IMG/VR virus record: IMGVR_UViG_3300025530_000412
Origin: an uncultured virus (IMG/VR IMGVR_UViG_3300025530_000412)
Lineage: Duplodnaviria; Heunggongvirae; Uroviricota; Caudoviricetes
Direction: 5' to 3' (one strand)
Length of the DNA: 64,000 bases
This document shows positions 19,601 to 29,940 of this stretch, one piece after another. The stretch's first letter is position 1, and the number at the start of each line of letters is the position of its first letter. The translations under genes were made by a program, and so were the position numbers. The notes beneath the pieces were generated by a model. It did not search any database. It was not told the DNA's origin and saw nothing but the letters and a program-made list of their open reading frames with translations.

Positions 19601-20194
19601 TTATAGATCTTTCCATTGCGTAGAAGACGGTAAGTCTGACCATTTCGTTTTATTCGGATGTAAAACAAGTCTTCCATTTGCATCTACAATCAAATTGTTT
19701 AATTCCCCTTGACTCATATTTGAGTCCTCTATTGTTTGTGGCGTTTCATTCCAATCATAAATTTTGGTCAGGCTCAGGGGGCTGTAAACATAAGGGCTGT
19801 CGCAGCGCACCGTTAAATTGATGTAACCTTCAGATAGGCAGTTGTGAATTAATGTAGGGTTATCAACGAAAAGAGCATAATAGATTTTCTCAGGTTCATC
19901 CGAAAAGATGAGCGGCTTATAATACTCATGATCGGTTAGCCATCTTGCCACTTTATTGATCAATTCTCTATTCCATCTTTCTTCAAAAGCAAAGGATACA
20001 TTAAATTGTAAAGGCTGACGATCAATCCCTTGAAAATATGGCCTGTCATTGCCTCTTATCGATGTTTCCCTTATTTCTCTTCCTGCGACAAAGGGTTCCT
20101 CTTGCATCCCTGAGCTAATGTTTACATTAATGATTCCAAAGCTATTTGATGGTATGCCATCAAAAATAAAGTATTCGCTTGAACGAATAGCCAT
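19601..20194 (-). CDS. Distal tail protein (Dit), N-terminal part
   Basis: YFIFDGIPS..FGI, ARWL...YKPLIFSDEPEKIYYA, CDSPYVYS; immediately after the tape-measure gene. Confidence 0.75.
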   Translation of the reverse strand: MAIRSSEYFIFDGIPSNSFGIINVNISSGMQEEPFVAGREIRETSIRGNDRPYFQGIDRQPLQFNVSFAFEERWNRELINKVARWLTDHEYYKPLIFSDEPEKIYYALFVDNPTLIHNCLSEGYINLTVRCDSPYVYSPLSLTKIYDWNETPQTIEDSNMSQGELNNLIVDANGRLVLHPNKTKWSDLPSSTQWKDL

Positions 20195-20244
20195 ATCTCC
20201 ACCACCAAAGAATAAATTTAAGGGACTAGATATTTTCTAGTCCC

Positions 20245-23200
20245 TTAATTATTTAGTACAACTCCTCTTGCTGTTAAACGCTTAACAATCGTTGATGCAA
20301 CATCTTCCGCACTTTTACGATCTCCAGTTACCTTATCAATATAAATATTAATATTATTTATTCGATTTCCTTCACCAGTTCGTTGATTAATCAAGTTTGC
20401 AAGATTAAAACTACTCAGCATTTTCGATAATGAATCAATTGGATTCTTTAACACCAATTCACCATGCTTCAATATACTAAGTTCTTCATTATTTTTTAGA
20501 TTCAATAATTTGTGAAGTTTTTGAGCCAATGAAAATTTACTTGGATCTCCAACTACTCCACCTTCATGATACAAACGTAATCCATCTTTATACCAAACGC
20601 CTTTTGATTTATATATATTCCCTCCAAGAAACTCAGCATATTGCTCATTTATTCTCTCTAGTTCTTTGCGCTGCGCATCTGAGGCAAAAAACCATTCTTC
20701 GCTATTCTTTTTCATTAGTTCAATGATTCTTTTTTCAAAATCATTTTTTGGTTGATAATATTGACTTTCGTCTCTTGGTTTTGGTGCTGCTGGATTTGAG
20801 TAATCTATTGATTCAAGCATCGATTGTGCTTGTTGTAATTTTTTTATAAAATTATCATCAATGGATTGTCCAATAGAAATCATATGACTTTCAACTTGAT
20901 TTTTTAACCCTGCAATACTTGTATTAATATTTTCTATTTTGCCATCAATAATATTCTGTCTTAAATCCATAAAAAACTGATCGTTTTTCAATAATTCTTC
21001 CCAAAACTTCTTCTCGTCCTCTAATTGCTTCTCTAATCTGTTCTTTATGGTTTCATGTATTTTATCTTCGCTTTTCTTAATATTATCAATTTCTTTCTTC
21101 TTGTTATCTAAAGTGTCTTGTAAGGCTTCCTTGCGTAATTCTATTTGTCGATTACGCATAAATTCTTCAGTTTCCTCAATTAATTCAGCCAATTCTTTTT
21201 GTAATTCCGCTCTTCTTGCTTTCGCTTCAATAGAATTATCAAGAGATAATTCGTCTATTTTTTTCTGTAACTCTAGTTGTTTTTGCTGTTTTTTGGTTAA
21301 TTCCTTTTGATAATCTTCTTCATCTTTAGTCCTATCTAATGATTTTAATTGTGCGTTAATTATTTCCTCAAATCGTCCATACTCATCATCTAAATTCTCG
21401 ATTCGCTTCTTGTGCCTTTCATCTTCAAGTTTGATTTGTTCTTGAATATGATCAATTGCCAAATCACGCTGTTTTTCTAATGCTTTTTTGTATATATCAA
21501 CTATTTCATCAGCGGTGTTTTCGATATAATCTTTCCATAAATCTGCTGCTTCTTTTTGAATATCATAAGTTCTCTTAGCATTTTCTCGTTTTTCTTCCTC
21601 AGCTTTTCTTTGCTTATCTAACAATTCTTCCTCAATCTGCTTTGCAATATTGACAAGTTCTTTTTCATTAGAAATAATACTTCTTTCCCAAGATTCAATT
21701 GAAGATTTTAATTGTATAATTTTTTGATTATTTTTGTCTATCTGTTCTGTTAATTTATGATATTCTTCGCTACTCTGAGATAACCGTTTTCTTTGATTGC
21801 TTAGAGTTAAATTCTGATTTTCAAGACTTTTTATATGATCTTTAGTAAGGTTTTGCATCTGACGATACAATTCAATTTGTAATTCTAGTTCTTGTCTATA
21901 TTCAGCCGAAGTTTCATTTAATCTTGTCTGTCGCGTTTCTGATTGGTCAAGTTGAAGTTCTAATTCACTAATTTTATTTGCATATTCATCAATAATATAT
22001 GGATCGAATTTTTTAGATTTTGATTCAGTGTCGCCAAAACTTGGAGTCTCCAATTCCTTTCTTAATTGCTCTAGTCTTTTTTGAAGCTCTTCTGCATTTT
22101 TCCTTCTTTCTTCTTCTGATTTACCATAATTTATTGTATCATTATATAATTTTATATATTCTTCATAGGCCCTTTTTTCACTTTGTAAAAATTGTTCAAA
22201 CGCTTTGTCATAGGCCATCTTTTGAAATAAATTTATATTTGGTGCCCCATATTTTTTCTCAAATTCTTCACGTAAAAATGCTTCATCTGACATAAGTATG
22301 GGCTTTGAAGTTAAAAGGGGCTTATCAATTTTGGCTAATTCTTCTCTAGCCGTTTTTAAGTCATATATCTTAGATATTTCGATATCATAACTTTCTAATC
22401 TCTTTCCCAATTCCTTAATTACTGCATCGGACATTTGAGTTTGCGATTGAATAGCAGTAATCTGATCATTAATTCTTTCTGCCCTCAGTGCAATAATAGC
22501 TTCTTTTTCAATTTTCCAACCATTGGTTGTTTTATGTATATGATTTATTAATTGAGGATATTTTATTATCAAATCAAAAACTGTTTCTGCATTTAATGTT
22601 TGATTACTATTCAAATCTCGTAATACAGCATTTAATTCTTTAATCTCTGATAGATAATTTTTAATTGAATCTGTTGCATTATCAGTCTGATCAGCCATTT
22701 CATCCAATTCAGTATTAACATACTGCAATTCGTTTGACATTCCAGACAATATAATCTTAAATATTTTCATAGAATCAATATTTTCATCTGGAATAAATTT
22801 AATATTCAACTTTTTAAATAGATTTAACAAATCATCGATACTTGCATCTTCTGGCAATTTTGTTAGTTCAATAATTAACTTTCTAACAGTACCACTAACT
22901 TGATCAATAGTTTTCCCTTCGGTTGCCCAAATTTTAGCCCATTCATGAATTATTCCTCTAATTTTATCATTAACTTTTATCCCTTGTTCTGATAAATCAT
23001 CCATTATTTTTTCAAAGGCTTTGTAGTTATTTAAAATTATATTATTTAAAGTTTTCTTATAATTTTCTTCAGATTTTGCTAATTTATCCTGATATTTTTC
23101 TATTTCTCTTTGATGTCTACTAATTTCTTCTCGTGCAAATTGTAAATATTCGCTACTTACTTTTCCTGAACTAATTCTCTCTTGATATTCCCTGATAGAT

Positions 23201-24093
23201 TGCTCATGTTTCTTGATATTTTTTATATACTTCTCAATTGCCTGTTGTTCTTTCTCTAATCTTTCAATCTGTTCTGATTCCTCTTTTTTATAAGCATTTA
23301 TTGCTCGTTCCTTTTCTAACCTAACTTCTTCTTTTAATATTTCCAATCTCTCTTTAGCTAATTCAATGTTTTCTGCATAAGCTTCTCCATATTCGTTTAC
23401 GGCTTCAATTGCAACACCATACTCGCTTACAAAAAGTCTTTGTATTTCGCGCATTCTTTGCTGATCTTCAATTGTTTTATCAGTTTTATTTAATAATCCT
23501 TCATATTCTTTAATCAATTGTTCTAAGCCAGTGGACTGAAAATTTAAATCTTCTAATCGATCTTCAAATTGCTCTATTTCATTATTAGCCTCTGCCAAAT
23601 AATTAATAAGTAATTCTAATCCATATCCTAATGCAACAAATACTGCTCCTACTACAGTTGCCGAAGCCAATCCACGCAACGCAGCAGTAGCAGCACGTGC
23701 AGATACGCCAAGTGCTGTAATACCTTTTCCAAGAGAAATTGATGCAATAGTTAATGTACGAAAATTTTTGCTCAATGCCCCTGCTGCAAAACCTGCTGTT
23801 CCTAATACTACTGGTAAAACACCAAAATTATCAACAAGTCCCTTTAATTGATTAGCTAATCCTTTAGCAAATTCAGTTAAAACTATAATAGAGTCTGTTA
23901 ATAAAGCATCACCCATTGCAAGACCCAATTCAGTCCATGCGTTTTTCATCATATTAATTCTTGCTTCGAGCGATTGTAAATATTTCTCATTTTCTCTTAC
24001 GGCTGAACCATATGAATTTAGAGCAGCTTTTGTTGCATCAATAGACAGTTGTTGGCCTTGCATCAAAGCCAAGAAACGGCTCAACTGGTATCT
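20245..24093 (-). CDS. Tape measure protein, exon 2
   Basis: Resumes RYQLSRFLALM...ENEKYLQSLEARIN; long coiled coil; C-terminal YHEGGVVG...ILKHGELVL. Confidence 0.88.
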   Translation of the reverse strand, partial: RYQLSRFLALMQGQQLSIDATKAALNSYGSAVRENEKYLQSLEARINMMKNAWTELGLAMGDALLTDSIIVLTEFAKGLANQLKGLVDNFGVLPVVLGTAGFAAGALSKNFRTLTIASISLGKGITALGVSARAATAALRGLASATVVGAVFVALGYGLELLINYLAEANNEIEQFEDRLEDLNFQSTGLEQLIKEYEGLLNKTDKTIEDQQRMREIQRLFVSEYGVAIEAVNEYGEAYAENIELAKERLEILKEEVRLEKERAINAYKKEESEQIERLEKEQQAIEKYIKNIKKHEQSIREYQERISSGKVSSEYLQFAREEISRHQREIEKYQDKLAKSEENYKKTLNNIILNNYKAFEKIMDDLSEQGIKVNDKIRGIIHEWAKIWATEGKTIDQVSGTVRKLIIELTKLPEDASIDDLLNLFKKLNIKFIPDENIDSMKIFKIILSGMSNELQYVNTELDEMADQTDNATDSIKNYLSEIKELNAVLRDLNSNQTLNAETVFDLIIKYPQLINHIHKTTNGWKIEKEAIIALRAERINDQITAIQSQTQMSDAVIKELGKRLESYDIEISKIYDLKTAREELAKIDKPLLTSKPILMSDEAFLREEFEKKYGAPNINLFQKMAYDKAFEQFLQSEKRAYEEYIKLYNDTINYGKSEEERRKNAEELQKRLEQLRKELETPSFGDTESKSKKFDPYIIDEYANKISELELQLDQSETRQTRLNETSAEYRQELELQIELYRQMQNLTKDHIKSLENQNLTLSNQRKRLSQSSEEYHKLTEQIDKNNQKIIQLKSSIESWERSIISNEKELVNIAKQIEEELLDKQRKAEEEKRENAKRTYDIQKEAADLWKDYIENTADEIVDIYKKALEKQRDLAIDHIQEQIKLEDERHKKRIENLDDEYGRFEEIINAQLKSLDRTKDEEDYQKELTKKQQKQLELQKKIDELSLDNSIEAKARRAELQKELAELIEETEEFMRNRQIELRKEALQDTLDNKKKEIDNIKKSEDKIHETIKNRLEKQLEDEKKFWEELLKNDQFFMDLRQNIIDGKIENINTSIAGLKNQVESHMISIGQSIDDNFIKKLQQAQSMLESIDYSNPAAPKPRDESQYYQPKNDFEKRIIELMKKNSEEWFFASDAQRKELERINEQYAEFLGGNIYKSKGVWYKDGLRLYHEGGVVGDPSKFSLAQKLHKLLNLKNNEELSILKHGELVLKNPIDSLSKMLSSFNLANLINQRTGEGNRINNINIYIDKVTGDRKSAEDVASTIVKRLTARGVVLNN

Positions 24094-24432
24094 CAATCTG
24101 TTACTTTCACCCATTAGGGCTACTGACTATAGATTAAATCTATAGCGGGGAGGGTACTTCCAAGAGTGTCTTTACACTCGACCTTCCCTCTCTATGTTTC
24201 CATAGAGTTCAGACTATATCATCATCTTACTATAAGATGGTTGGCGTATAGTCGTTACGGATTTTAATAAGTATATATATTAGGCTGAGTAAGAAATTTT
24301 ATTAAATTATATTTCAGCCTAAATGTATACTTATTAACCTTTCCTCGGTATTTCCCTCGTCTTTACGTTAGGGGGTTTACCGATATAGCCAACTTTTTTC
24401 TATTCAATCACTTGAATAGTGGGCAAATTTTT
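24094..24432 (-). ncRNA. Group I self-splicing intron (339 nt, no ORF) in the tape-measure gene
   Basis: 5' splice site after U in GCGGGU with P1 partner GCCC; P7 elements CGACUAUA / GAUAUAGUC; terminal G; removal joins ...TLAG to RYQLSRF in frame. Confidence 0.88.
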
Positions 24433-26253
24433 ACCCGCCAGTGTCACCGCTATATTCTGTTGCTGTTCTGCCGATAACGAATTCCATTTTTCCTGAAGTT
24501 CTGAAATAATTTGTGTAGCTGACTTCATTTCTCCACTGGCATCTTTTATTTTAATTCCAATGGAATCGAGGGCATCAATACTTGAGTCCATCGTTGTTAA
24601 ACGAGAGTAAATCGTTTTTAGTGCATTCCCAATGACACTACCCGATTCTCTTGTTTGAACACCAATAGCAGTAGCATGACCAATCATTTCTTCTAAAGTT
24701 ACATTAAATGCAACTGCCGTACTTCCTGCACGTTGTAATGCTAAAGCCAAATCCTTGGTTGTAATTGCGAAGTTGTTATCTACTTCGTTGAGAGCATCAA
24801 TTATTCTAACAGAATCTTCAGCTTTAACATTAAATATTGTCATCGCCGCTGTCATAGCAGACATTGATTCTTCAACTGTCAGTTCTGAAACGTTCGCTGC
24901 TAATACAGCAGCCTCTGTGAGATATTTAATTTGATCTTCTCCAAATCCCTGTCTTGCAAATCCAATTGCCGCTTCATTAATATCCTGAATACTTTTTCCT
25001 AATTGGTTGGCCAATTTAATATTTGTTTGCAAAATATCTGATAACTCAACTTGATCTGGCAGCACTCTTGCCAATTCAGTCATTTGAGTATCGATTTCAA
25101 TAATATTTCTAACGGCTTCTCTTAATCCCCTTATTGGAGCATAAAAACTTGTCATTGCAAGCATCCAGACGGGGACTCTTTTGGCAGCAATTTCCAGTTG
25201 TTTTAATACTCCTAGTTGACTAGCATGTGCTTGTTTCAATGCATTTTCTTGCAAATAAATGCTTCCAGTGGTTTTATCAATAGTACCTTTTAATATTCTA
25301 TTTTGATTTTCATTTTCTTTAAGTGTTGCAGTCCATTTTCCAGTGGTACTATTTAATGATATTTCTCTAATTTCTCTATCTTTAAATGCTTCATTTAATG
25401 CTAATACATTCTTTAATTGATTTTCAGTTACTTCATTACCAATTAAATCATTTGACTGACCTATTAAGGTTCCGCGTTTTCTAATTTCTTGAATTCTTTT
25501 TGCATTCGTTTCAATTTCTTTAAGAGATGTAGATAATTCCTTCATTCGTTTATCTACATCAGGTACACTTCTGTTTAAACTATTAACGTCATCCAGCCAT
25601 TTACTTAATGCATTATGATCAATATCTTCTCCAAAACGTCTTGTTAAATCATCAACATTAATTCTAGCTTGTTGTTGATATAATTTAATTGTGTGTTCTA
25701 AGTTTTTATTATATTTTTCTCTTTGTCCAATATTATCTTTAATAATATTGCTTGTAACTTTTCCTTGTTCATTATATTTTATTATTTGACGGTTTAAATC
25801 TTCTGTTTGTCTAATTTCTTGAGTGAGAATTTGTGTACCATCTTTATTAACTCTATATGTCTTTTGATATTCCAATCCTAATCGTTCGACATCATCACTT
25901 AATTGTTGAACAGTTTTAGTTTGCTCTTTGATCTTTTCCGTTGTGCTTGTAATTATTTGTCCATCAGCCAACTGTCGTTGAATTATTTTTTTAGTAGTTC
26001 CATCAGCGTATTCAAATTCTTTGATTGTTTCGCTAACTACTCTTTTTTGTTCATCAGAAACTTTTTTCAATTTTTCAGCAGCATTAATAAAACTTTCAAC
26101 ATGCTTTTGAAAATCCTGTGGAACTTCTACTCTTAATTTTAATTTATTTATTTTCTTTTCTATTCCCTTAATCGCTGCATTAATTTCACCAATTGATTTT
26201 CCGGTATTTAATGTTGCAGTAATTAAAATAAGCAAATCGTCTCGACTTAGCAC
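24433..26253 (-). CDS. Tape measure protein, exon 1 (TP901-type core)
   Basis: IDTQMTELARV, FARQGF, DALNEVDNNFA, TRESGSVIGNALKTIYSRL, W..LS..QQQNIAVTLAG. Confidence 0.9.
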
Positions 26254-26333
26254 ATTTTCACCCCTTTCAAATCAAAAGAGGTAATATCATGAAGATATTA
26301 CCTCTTTAATAATAAATATTTGTATCTGTTTAT

Positions 26334-26585
26334 TTATGCACAGTGTCCCTTGTTATTTATGTAATTACTATTGAATAAGAAAACCGCATCCCTCAGTTCA
26401 TCTAAATCCCAATCCCACCAATTTGCAAACCCAACTACCTTATCATCAGGCCAACTAATTATTTCCTCATACACATCTTCATCCTCAATGTGAACATCCA
26501 CATACTCCAAGTAATCTAAAAACTCCTGCTTACCATCACAAGCTCTGTCCATCAATCGAATCAATTCTTTTGAATCCATTGTCAA
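26334..26585 (-). CDS. Small acidic hypothetical protein (moron)
   Basis: D/E-rich 83 aa; own TTGACA-17-TATTAT promoter and terminator at 26275-26307. Confidence 0.6.
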   Translation of the reverse strand: MTMDSKELIRLMDRACDGKQEFLDYLEYVDVHIEDEDVYEEIISWPDDKVVGFANWWDWDLDELRDAVFLFNSNYINNKGHCA

Positions 26586-26740
26586 CCCTCCGAAAACAGT
26601 TTAATATTAAACTTACTAATGTAATAATATACCATATAATTATCCTTGTCAATATAATTTTAAACTATAAGGTTTAGTAATAAAATTTATTGAAAATAAT
26701 TAAATTATCCGTTAAAATATTTTTACAAGGAGTGAATTAG

Positions 26741-27106
26741 ATGGATTCAATAAAGAATCAAATCAAAATAATACTTATACAACAGGGTTACAAATTAACT
26801 GAAATAGTTGAAGAAATTAATAAACGTTTTAATAAAAAAGATACAGTTCAAAATTTAAACAATAAATTGTCAAAGGGTACTATTCGCTATACCGAAATTT
26901 TAGAAATTGCTGAAACACTTGGATATGATCTTGTTTGGGTTCCCAAAAGATTTAGATCAAATTTCACAACAATGCCAATTTATAATTACTTACACTATCC
27001 AGATGATGTTATAGGTGAAATTTACAAAAAATACGGTATTGACTGGCCTACAAAAGTGCAATTTTACAAAGATTCAATGAACAACAACATAACACCTGAA
27101 GAATAA
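26741..27106 (+). CDS. HTH transcriptional regulator (XRE-like)
   Basis: IKIILIQQGYKLTEIVEEIN...VQNLNNKLSKGTIRYTEILEIAETLGY; TTGAAA-17-TAAAAT promoter at 26690-26718. Confidence 0.75.
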   Translation: MDSIKNQIKIILIQQGYKLTEIVEEINKRFNKKDTVQNLNNKLSKGTIRYTEILEIAETLGYDLVWVPKRFRSNFTTMPIYNYLHYPDDVIGEIYKKYGIDWPTKVQFYKDSMNNNITPEE

Positions 27107-27163
27107 ATCTTTCTTGCCTAAAGCGTCTGCATTTACCCCTTTGCAGACGCAAATGCAAACGAT

Positions 27164-27442
27164 TTAATCAAGAAAATATCTGCGTATGCGTTTATGCATA
27201 TTTGGAAAATAATTCAATAGTTCTTCATAACTTAATTCGCGCACATTATATCCAACGTCTATACCACTTTCACCACATTTAGAACAAATCCAAGAGTGTT
27301 GAAGAGGATAAGATGACAAAATATATGAAGCATATACTTTATCATGTTCAAAATCTGATCTACATTTATTTGTCATTTTCATAACAAATCTGCTCCATAA
27401 TTTCACACCAACGATCATGTTGAATTGCAGATTCACCTTCAA
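27164..27442 (-). CDS. Small hypothetical Zn-finger-like protein (true start probably near 27380)
   Basis: WICSKCGESG motif; N-terminus overlaps the upstream gene. Confidence 0.4.
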   Translation of the reverse strand: MKVNLQFNMIVGVKLWSRFVMKMTNKCRSDFEHDKVYASYILSSYPLQHSWICSKCGESGIDVGYNVRELSYEELLNYFPNMHKRIRRYFLD

Positions 27443-27797
27443 ATTCTTGGTTACAATTTAATACAGACTCTTTAACACTTAAAAGCATTTCTTTATTGCT
27501 TTCTGATTCTTCAATAACTACCTCTTCATTCAATAATTCTGTATAATCTTTATTAAAAGAAACCAAGTCTTTCACATCAAATTGTTTAACCCCATTTACT
27601 TCAACAATCTTAGGGTTTCCATTTTCGTCTAAATTTGAATGTTCTTTAATTAATTGCATATGTTCTTCTTTGAATAATTTATATTTTTCAGTTAATAAAT
27701 TAATAAAACGGACTCTCATTCGGGATGATTTGCCTGACAATTTGAGTTTATAGAGGAATTCAATGAAAGGTTCTAATTCGTGGTTATATAATTTCAA
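27366..27797 (-). CDS. Conserved phage hypothetical protein (DUF1617-like)
   Basis: L.GKSSRMR.RFI...LIKEHSNLDENGNP. Confidence 0.6.
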   Translation of the reverse strand: MKLYNHELEPFIEFLYKLKLSGKSSRMRVRFINLLTEKYKLFKEEHMQLIKEHSNLDENGNPKIVEVNGVKQFDVKDLVSFNKDYTELLNEEVVIEESESNKEMLLSVKESVLNCNQEFEGESAIQHDRWCEIMEQICYENDK

Positions 27798-27825
27798 AAG
27801 ATCATCTCCCTTTAAAATTTATATT

Positions 27826-28824
27826 TTAACCAAATATTTTATTTTTTTCTTCTGCAAAATCGCGCAAATCATAATGTTTAATAGTAGTTGATACATCATT
27901 ATGATGAGCAATATATTTTGAAACTAATGCCAAATCTACGCCTTGTTCCAACAAATATGTCACACAAGACGCTTTAAACAAATGAGGATTAATACGTCTA
28001 CCAAGTATATTTGAAAGTTTCCTTGAACAAAAATCATTAGCCCATTGTTCTGATACTGGTACAATTTCCCCGCCATACTTAACAGTAAAAATATATTCAT
28101 GATCGTATCCACGTTTATCTGCCCATAACTTCATGTATTTTAAGGCTTCAAGATTGATCATGTAAGGCTCCTGCTTTCCGTCTTCTCCTCTGCCCTTTAA
28201 ACGAACAATATGACTTAACACATAGTTTTGTCCTTCTGGTATAGGGTAACTAAGAATTTCTGTTTTAAATTGAGGAATTTCTGCGCGTCTTGCGCCAACA
28301 TTAAATGCTGTAGCTACCCAAGCAGCACCCAAATAATCTTCTTCATTTAATAAAACATCCATCATTAATTCATAATCTTCTTTAGTAATTTTTACCTTTT
28401 CATAAACATGATTTGTTGGAATTGGAGGTAAGCCCCTTGTAAAATTACGAAAATTTTTATATTCTTCTTCGTCATCTGCAACCATATTCTCTATATAATT
28501 ACAAAAACTTGACACTACTGATTTCTTGAACTTTTTTGCATTTGATGACATTTTCCTTGAATCTAAATAATTTATATATCTTTGAAAATCTCTTTTTGAA
28601 ATTTTGGTTATGGGTTTATCAGAAAGCGATTGATGAACCCACCAGAAAAATTGTCGTATTCCCGATCTATACTGAACAAGCGTTTTAGGAGATAATGACG
28701 AATTCATTTCTAAAAATTCTTCAGCAAGTCTCCTATGTTCACTTGATACTTGCATCCATTTTTCATCTGTTACTTCTGGTAATTTATCAGCACGATCACG
28801 AACCATATTCTTTTTTATGTTCAT
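27826..28824 (-). CDS. Tyrosine recombinase family protein in the tail operon (SPbeta YomM-like position)
   Basis: GARRAE, KGRG, INPHLFK, AHHN..TT..HYD. Confidence 0.85.
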   Translation of the reverse strand: MNIKKNMVRDRADKLPEVTDEKWMQVSSEHRRLAEEFLEMNSSLSPKTLVQYRSGIRQFFWWVHQSLSDKPITKISKRDFQRYINYLDSRKMSSNAKKFKKSVVSSFCNYIENMVADDEEEYKNFRNFTRGLPPIPTNHVYEKVKITKEDYELMMDVLLNEEDYLGAAWVATAFNVGARRAEIPQFKTEILSYPIPEGQNYVLSHIVRLKGRGEDGKQEPYMINLEALKYMKLWADKRGYDHEYIFTVKYGGEIVPVSEQWANDFCSRKLSNILGRRINPHLFKASCVTYLLEQGVDLALVSKYIAHHNDVSTTIKHYDLRDFAEEKNKIFG

Positions 28825-28832
28825 TAAATCAC

Positions 28833-29351
28833 CTACCTTGGTTCAACATTTAAGCCTTGTCGTTTCAGACCCTTGTAAAGCGCATATTTTGCTTTGCCTG
28901 TATTCTCTAATTCTTCTTTAGTCGGTTCATGAAATGGTCTTGGAGGTGGTCTTTTCCCACTTAATATATCCCATTCATATCCATCTCCAGTTTCAACAAC
29001 CATGGGAACATCTCTATCAAGCCTTGGAATACCACTCTGGAAAAATTCACCTGTTATTATATCCAAATCAGGAGTAGTACCTTCCCAATCACTTCTAATA
29101 TTTCTTAAAGCAATTGTATTATCATTAATTACTGTAATTTGCATATTTTCATAATCTGTTAGACCACCATTATCCATTTTACGGTCGTATGCTTTAGGTT
29201 TATATTTGGGATAGACTTCTTCATAGATTACTTCTCTCATGGTTTCTTTTGCTGTTTGAGCAACTTCATTTTGTAATGCTGAAGCAATTTTTTTGTTTAA
29301 TATTTTTTCTAATTCTTTTAGATTATTGATTTTTATCAAAATAATCACCAC
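28833..29351 (-). CDS. Head-tail/tail completion protein (HK97 gp10-like)
   Basis: VY..Y.PKAYDR...GGL, VETG.GY...PRPF motif. Confidence 0.6.
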   Translation of the reverse strand: MVIILIKINNLKELEKILNKKIASALQNEVAQTAKETMREVIYEEVYPKYKPKAYDRKMDNGGLTDYENMQITVINDNTIALRNIRSDWEGTTPDLDIITGEFFQSGIPRLDRDVPMVVETGDGYEWDILSGKRPPPRPFHEPTKEELENTGKAKYALYKGLKRQGLNVEPR

Positions 29352-29360
29352 TTTTTATAT

Positions 29361-29876
29361 TTAACTTTTAATTTTGTTTTCATTATCAACTTCCTCTTCA
29401 TCTTTATTTTCATTCAATACTGCTTTAATCCCCATTTCTCCAAGTAATTGACCAATATTTTTAGAAACTTTATCAATTTCTGTTTTTACTAATTCAAGTT
29501 GATCTTTAGGGAAGCCATTTTTATTACCATCAAATAATACATCCATAATGCCTAAATCAAGAAGTGCATTAGATACCTGAATTAATTTTTCAATATTGTC
29601 TATTGGGGGAACTGGAATATCAGTAAAATATTTTACAATTAAAGTATTGATTAATGAAGTTGTTCGCATTAGCGTTTCTTCATTAACATTTTTTTGTTTT
29701 CGTAAATCCTCAAGAATTATAATATAATCCAAAATCATTTTTTGAATTTTTGTTTTCCTAAATTTTATGTCAACTTGAACTGGATAGTCTCCGCAGACAT
29801 AAATTGTTTTACGTTGATCGAATTCGCTATTTAATTTATTAATTGTTGCCAGTGTGAGTTTTTTTTGTTTTGGCAT
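29361..29876 (-). CDS. Putative tail assembly chaperone
   Basis: Follows the major tail protein; IVKYFTDI. Confidence 0.5.
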   Translation of the reverse strand: MPKQKKLTLATINKLNSEFDQRKTIYVCGDYPVQVDIKFRKTKIQKMILDYIIILEDLRKQKNVNEETLMRTTSLINTLIVKYFTDIPVPPIDNIEKLIQVSNALLDLGIMDVLFDGNKNGFPKDQLELVKTEIDKVSKNIGQLLGEMGIKAVLNENKDEEEVDNENKIKS

Positions 29877-29940
29877 TAAATCATCTCTCCCTAATTATTA
29901 AATACTAAAAGGGCGTATCATTTGATACGCCCTTTTTGTT

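Noticed and set aside
24094..24432. Frameshift/pseudogene or two separate tape-measure genes
   Set aside because: Both parts are in the same frame and the gap has group I intron structure with a precise in-frame junction
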